Part shown: positions 38,747-43,234 of the stretch, piece after piece
How positions within the stretch are numbered: position 1 is the first letter of the stretch
How the letters are laid out: each line of letters opens with the position of its first letter
Assembly: GCA_035371225.1 (NCBI GenBank)
Contig: DAOOWO010000002.1
Coordinates: 1-43,234 of the forward strand
DNA length: 43,234 bases
Direction: 5' to 3'
Source: Bacteroidales bacterium
GTDB taxonomy: Bacteria; Bacteroidota; Bacteroidia; Bacteroidales; CAIWKO01
Notes under the pieces: model-generated
Told to the model about the DNA's origin: nothing
Database searches by the model: none
What the model saw: only the letters and a program-made list of their open reading frames with translations
Position numbers and translations under genes: made by a program

Positions 38747-39679
38747 ATGAAAATCATTTCAACAGCAATTTTATTAATGCTTACCATAATAGTGGTTCCC
38801 CTTAGCAGTTACTTTTTCGGGGTCTCTCTGGGCCCGGTGGAATGGCAGGCACTGCAAATATTGATGATAATTACGGCTATAGTTATTGCCTACACTTTTG
38901 TTGTGGGGGAGATTACCAACAACAACAGCCAGGTGGATAAGTTGTGGAGTATTGTACCCATAGTGTATGTATGGGTTATTGCTGCATACGGCAATTATTC
39001 GCCGCGGCTTGTTTTAATGGGTGTTCTGGTGACTTTATGGGGTATGCGGCTAACAACCAATTTTGCGCTTAAAGGCGCTTATCAATGGCGTTTCTGGGCC
39101 GGTGAAGAAGATTACCGCTGGAAGGTGCTGCGTCAGAAGCCTGAGTTTTCGCCACGGTGGAAATGGACACTTTTCAATCTCTTTTTTATTTCGGGTTATC
39201 AGAATATACTTATACTGCTTATCACGCTCCCCGGCTTGATTGCCCTGCAAAATAATAATGTTCCGATGGGGGCTTTTGATTATGTGCTAAGCATACTTTT
39301 CTTGTCTTTTCTGGTTTTTGAAACAATTGCCGATGTGCAGCATTGGAAATTTCAAAGCAAAAAATGGGCGATGATTAAAGCAGGAGAGGAGCTGACCGGT
39401 GATTATAAAAAAGGATTTTTGGATAAAGGTCTTTGGGCATACAGCCGGCATCCTAATTATTTTGCCGAACAATCAGTGTGGATTTGTTTCTATTTCTTTA
39501 GTGTTGCAGCAGGTGGTTATTGGTTTAACTGGAGCATTGCCGGGGCGCTCCTGCTGATTGTTCTTTTCATGGGCAGCTCCAGCTTCAGCGAAGAAATCAG
39601 TGCAGGCAAATACCCGGAATATAAAGAATATCAAAAAAAGGTTTTCAGGTTTTTACCTTTCAGCCGGGGTATAAAATAA
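38747..39679 (+). CDS. DUF1295 (steroid 5-alpha-reductase / ICMT-like) membrane protein
   Basis: 310 aa polytopic protein with the YSRHPNYFAEQSVW motif characteristic of DUF1295. Confidence 0.8.
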   Translation: MKIISTAILLMLTIIVVPLSSYFFGVSLGPVEWQALQILMIITAIVIAYTFVVGEITNNNSQVDKLWSIVPIVYVWVIAAYGNYSPRLVLMGVLVTLWGMRLTTNFALKGAYQWRFWAGEEDYRWKVLRQKPEFSPRWKWTLFNLFFISGYQNILILLITLPGLIALQNNNVPMGAFDYVLSILFLSFLVFETIADVQHWKFQSKKWAMIKAGEELTGDYKKGFLDKGLWAYSRHPNYFAEQSVWICFYFFSVAAGGYWFNWSIAGALLLIVLFMGSSSFSEEISAGKYPEYKEYQKKVFRFLPFSRGIK

Positions 39680-39734
39680 AATTGATAAAATTACTGTTGT
39701 TCGGAATAGGCTCAGGCCTAAGCCGTTTTATTAT

Positions 39735-39752
39735 TACAGGCTCCAGCCTGTA
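39735..39752 (+). terminator. Possible terminator hairpin after the DUF1295 gene
   Basis: TACAGGC-TCCA-GCCTGTA (7-bp stem) followed by the T/A-rich TTATTATACCGTTTT. Confidence 0.3.
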
Positions 39753-39876
39753 TTATTATACCGTTTTCCATAAAAAAATCACCCCGGGGCATAAGCGTTT
39801 TTAACGCGTGCAAATGAGCAAAGCGTTTTGTTTAAATTATTAATAAAATAGTGGGTTTAACCTAAATTATCTCTGC

Positions 39877-39995
39877 TCCGCCACGGCGGAATTCTAAATT
39901 CTAACTCTACCTTCTTATCCGCCACCGGTGGACTGTCTTCTGCTTTCTGAACTCAGCCTTCTGAATGCTGCCTTATGCCTTCTGAATTTCTAAAT
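39877..39995. repeat. Degenerate palindromic and direct-repeat cluster abutting the miaB stop codon
   Basis: TCCGCCACGGCGGA (39877-39890) and TCCGCCACCGGTGGA (39918-39932) lie 41 nt apart. Each is followed by TTCTAAA/TTCTGAA-type units (ATTCTAAATTCTAA; CTTTCTGAAC, CCTTCTGAATG, CCTTCTGAATTTCTAAA). Confidence 0.5.
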
Positions 39996-41294
39996 CTCTC
40001 CCTTCAGCGTTGCCGAAGTACAGCCTGTTATCTTCACCATTACATAATCCCCAGCATGGTGCTTATCATCAGTAAACACAACAACCTTGTTCTGCGAATT
40101 TCTGCCCGAAAGTTGATTGGTGGACTTTTTTGAGAAACCTTCAACCAGCACCTCAAAAGTTTTTCCAATGTCTTTTTTATTTTTATCCAGCGACAGTTTA
40201 TTCTGCAGGCTGATAATCTCATTTAAGCGTTTTGCTTTTATATCATCAGGAATATCGTCTTTATATTTCCCTGCCGCAAAGGTGCCGGGGCGTTCGGAAT
40301 ACCTGAACATGAATGCACTGTCGTAAGCTGCGCGTCTCATGATATCGAGCGTGTCTTCGTGATCCTGCCAAGTTTCGCTGCAAAACCCGCTTATGATATC
40401 GGTCGAGATACTGCATCCGGGAATTTGGGAATATATTTTATCGATGATGGCCATGTAGGATTCTCTTGTGTAATTTCGTTTCATCAACTTCAATATCCCG
40501 TTGCTTCCCGATTGCAGCGGCAAATGAATAGATTTGCAGATGTTGTCATAGGCGGCAATGACATTGATAAGCTCATCCGAAAGGTCTTTGGGGTGGGAAG
40601 TGGCGAAACGTATTCTTAGCCTGGGATTTATTTCGGCAACTAAGCTTAAAAGTTTCGGGAAACGGATTTGCTCATAATTATAAGAATTTACATTCTGTCC
40701 TAACAAAGTGATTTCCCGAAAGCCTTCATTATAGAGGGTTGTAGCTTCATTGATAATGGTTCCGGCGGCCCGGCTGCGTTCTTTGCCTCTTGTATAGGGC
40801 ACAACACAGTAGCTGCAGAAATTCTGGCAGCCCCTCATAATGGAGATGAACGCCGAAACACCATTGCTGTCAATCCTCACTGGGTTAATGTCGGCATAAG
40901 TTTCTTCAGCCGAAAGCAATATGTTAAATGCCTGGCCATGTTCGCCGGCCTGGTAAATTAATTGTGGCAGCTCACGGTATGAATCCGGTCCTGCAACGAT
41001 ATCAACAATGCCATCTTCGAACAACTGTTCTTTCAGCCTTTCGGCCATACAACCCAAAATGCCTATCATCAGCCCCTTGTTTTTTTTCTTCAAACTTTTC
41101 AGGTGACGAAGGCGGTTGAAAATTCGTTGTTCGGCATTGTCTCTTATGGAGCAAGTGTTGAGTAAAATCAATCCGGCTTCTTCCAGGGTGGCTGCCTCCG
41201 AAAAATTTTCTTTTGTTAATATGGAAGCCACTATTTCGCTGTCCGAAAAATTCATTTGACAGCCATAGGTCTCAATAAAAAATGTTTTTTTCAT
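39990..41294 (-). CDS. miaB: tRNA-2-methylthio-N6-dimethylallyladenosine synthase (radical SAM methylthiotransferase)
   Basis: The N-terminal UPF0004 domain has TYGCQMNFSDSE. Radical SAM motif CQNFCSYCVVPYTRG and a C-terminal TRAM domain. 434 aa. Confidence 0.88.
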   Translation of the reverse strand: MKKTFFIETYGCQMNFSDSEIVASILTKENFSEAATLEEAGLILLNTCSIRDNAEQRIFNRLRHLKSLKKKNKGLMIGILGCMAERLKEQLFEDGIVDIVAGPDSYRELPQLIYQAGEHGQAFNILLSAEETYADINPVRIDSNGVSAFISIMRGCQNFCSYCVVPYTRGKERSRAAGTIINEATTLYNEGFREITLLGQNVNSYNYEQIRFPKLLSLVAEINPRLRIRFATSHPKDLSDELINVIAAYDNICKSIHLPLQSGSNGILKLMKRNYTRESYMAIIDKIYSQIPGCSISTDIISGFCSETWQDHEDTLDIMRRAAYDSAFMFRYSERPGTFAAGKYKDDIPDDIKAKRLNEIISLQNKLSLDKNKKDIGKTFEVLVEGFSKKSTNQLSGRNSQNKVVVFTDDKHHAGDYVMVKITGCTSATLKGEI

Positions 41295-41310
41295 ACCTGC
41301 AAATCGAGGG

Positions 41311-41318
41311 CAAAATTA
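41311..41318 (-). promoter_or_regulatory. Candidate -7 box (TAATTTTG on the minus strand) for miaB
   Basis: Plus-strand CAAAATTA, 17 nt upstream of the miaB ATG. Confidence 0.45.
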
Positions 41319-41408
41319 GCGAAACAACCTATTGAAAAAAAATAAATTGTCTCTGAAAAATATTTTTTGTTTTATTTTGCACAACTTTTACTTACCCAAA
41401 AATACATT

Positions 41409-43234
41409 CATGATAAAAAATCTTGTAATTGTTGAGTCACCGGCAAAAGCCAAAACCATAGAAAAATTTCTTGGTGAAGACTACACGGTAAGATCGTGCT
41501 TTGGGCATATTCGCGATCTGTCTAAAAAAGATATGGGTGTTGATATTCAAAGTGGTTTTATTCCTCAATATGAAATTCCGGAAGATAAGGCCAAGATTGT
41601 TAGCGAGTTGAAAAAAATGTCAAAAGACGCCCAGATGGTGTGGCTGGCCTCCGATGAAGACCGCGAAGGAGAAGCCATCTCGTGGCACCTTAGCGAAGCG
41701 CTCGAAATTGATAAAAGAAAAATAAAAAGAATTGCTTTTCACGAAATCACAAAAACTGCCATACAGGAAGCCATTTCCAAACCACGGCAAATAAACATTG
41801 ACCTGGTGGATGCACAGCAGGCACGCCGTGTGCTCGACAGGCTGGTAGGTTACGAATTGTCGCCGCTGTTGTGGAAAAAAATCAGGCCTTCTTTGTCTGC
41901 CGGACGTGTTCAGTCTGTTGCCGTTAGGCTTATTGTCGAACGTGAAAATGAAATAAACAATTTCAAATCGGTATCATTTTATAAAGGATCTGCCATATTT
42001 TCTTTTGTAAAAGAAAATAAAACTTATAGAATCAAAGCAGAGCTTTCCCGGAAATATAATACTCCGGGCGATGCTATGGCTTTTTTGAAAAAGTGTGTTG
42101 GTGCGCAGTTTCACGTGAAAGATATTGAAACTAAACCTTCCAAAAAATCTCCGGCACCACCGTTTACCACTTCTACCTTACAACAAGAAGCCAGTCGTAA
42201 ACTTGGATTTTCGGTGTCAAAAACCATGCTCATCGCTCAGCAGCTTTATGAGTCGGGAAAAATAACCTATATGCGTACCGACTCGGTAAACCTGTCGAAA
42301 ATGGCTTTAGCCATGGCGAAAAACGAAATAGAATCGTTTTATGGCCCTGGATATGTTAAAATTCGCAATTATATCACCAAAAGCAAAGGGGCACAGGAAG
42401 CCCACGAAGCTATCAGACCTACGTACATCAACAACCATGCGGCCGAAGGCACTGCCGATCAGAAGAAACTCTATGATCTGATTTGGAAAAGAACCATTGC
42501 TTCACAAATGAGCGATGCCGAACTCGAAAAAACTAATGTATATATCGAAAGCCCTGCCATCAGCGATTATTTTATAGCTACCGGCGAAATAGTCAAGTTC
42601 GACGGGTTTCTGAAAGTGTATCTTGAATCCACTGACGATGAAGAAGAAGAACAAAAAGGAATATTGCCTCCCATAGCAAAAGCCGATAAAATGTTTCCTG
42701 ACGAAATCAATGTGGTGGAAAGATTTACGCAGCAGCCTCCACGATATACCGAAGCCAGCCTGGTGAAAAAACTCGAAGAACTTGGCATTGGCAGGCCTTC
42801 CACTTATGCACCCATCATTTCTACCATTCAGAGAAGAGAATATGTTACCTATGGTAATAAAGAGGGCGCCGAACGCAGGTATATGTATCTGTCGCTGATA
42901 AACGATAAAATCCAGGAAATACAAAAGACCGAAAATTTTGGTTTCGAAAAAGCCAAACTGTTTCCAACCGATGTGGGTACGCTTGTAAATAATTTTCTAA
43001 TACAAAATTTCGAAAATATTCTCGACTATAATTTTACTGCCAATGTCGAAAAAGAGTTTGATGAAATAGCCGAAGGAAAGAAAGTGTGGAACGAAATGAT
43101 CAGGGAATTTTATTTTCCTTTTCATAATCAAATCAGTGAAACAGAAAAAACCTCCAAAAAGGTTAGCGGTGTAAGGCTTTTGGGGGTACACCCGGAAACC
43201 GGGAAAAACATCTATGCCAAACTTGGTAAATTTG
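41409..43234 (+). CDS. topA: DNA topoisomerase I, N-terminal ~608 codons; continues beyond the window end
   Basis: Not in the ORF track (no stop inside the window). My manual translation from the ATG at 41409 stays open to the last base. It gives MIKNLVIVESPAKAKTIEKFLG (Toprim), LASDEDREGEAISWH, the QQARRVLDRLVGYELSPLLW motif and the active-site region GKITYMRTDS. Confidence 0.93.

Noticed and set aside
1-43234. A search for tRNA, rRNA, tmRNA, RNase P RNA, CRISPR arrays, transposases, integrases, phage genes, toxin-antitoxin pairs and known defence genes.
   Set aside because: No T-loop or acceptor-like sequences in any spacer and no regularly spaced repeats of 20 nt or more. No ORF shows recombinase, nuclease-helicase or reverse-transcriptase motifs. 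Every large ORF is accounted for by a housekeeping or conserved family.

Overview
This 43.2-kb segment reads as core, housekeeping chromosome of a Bacteroidota-type genome. The supporting signs are recurrent TAnnTTTG -7 promoter boxes, no obvious Shine-Dalgarno sequences, many lipoprotein or SpI signal peptides, DUF3098/DUF3108 genes, and the gene orders ftsX-DUF3098-uppP-truB and mutY<>HU-rng. About 37 protein genes are densely packed on both strands.

Gene content, in order:
- a partial class II ribonucleotide reductase
- leuS, interrupted by a 1-nt frameshift
- ftsX-DUF3098-uppP-truB
- a secreted HEFGH metallopeptidase
- rng
- an unlisted 29-aa Lys/Arg-rich peptide gene, followed by HU
- mutY, two small lipoproteins and an acyltransferase
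- lepA, a YebC-family gene, a thioredoxin-fold protein and pgi
- a histidine kinase / OmpR-type regulator pair
- ahcY and an Ig-like lipoprotein
- a Na+-translocating methylmalonyl-CoA decarboxylase-type operon (mce-mmdA-small ORF-mmdC-terC-mmdB-unlisted oadG-like)
- a TGS/uridine-kinase fusion
- dnaX, an M16 peptidase, a DUF1295 protein and miaB
- a partial topA, which is missing from the ORF track because it runs off the window end

I saw no tRNA, rRNA, CRISPR array, transposase, integrase, phage or recognisable defence genes. I do not find a convincing discrete novel multi-gene system.

The observations most worth follow-up are:
- an A10 slippery run in dnaX with immediate stops in both alternative frames, a candidate route to a gamma subunit
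- the leuS frameshift
- a TerC gene embedded in the decarboxylase operon, plus small unlisted subunit genes
- a strongly structured non-AT-rich element upstream of the thioredoxin-fold gene
- phased GTTAA repeats upstream of the two-component operon
- an orphan terminator-like hairpin
- a repeat- and palindrome-rich 310-nt spacer downstream of miaB

All family assignments come from motif recognition by eye. No database search was run.
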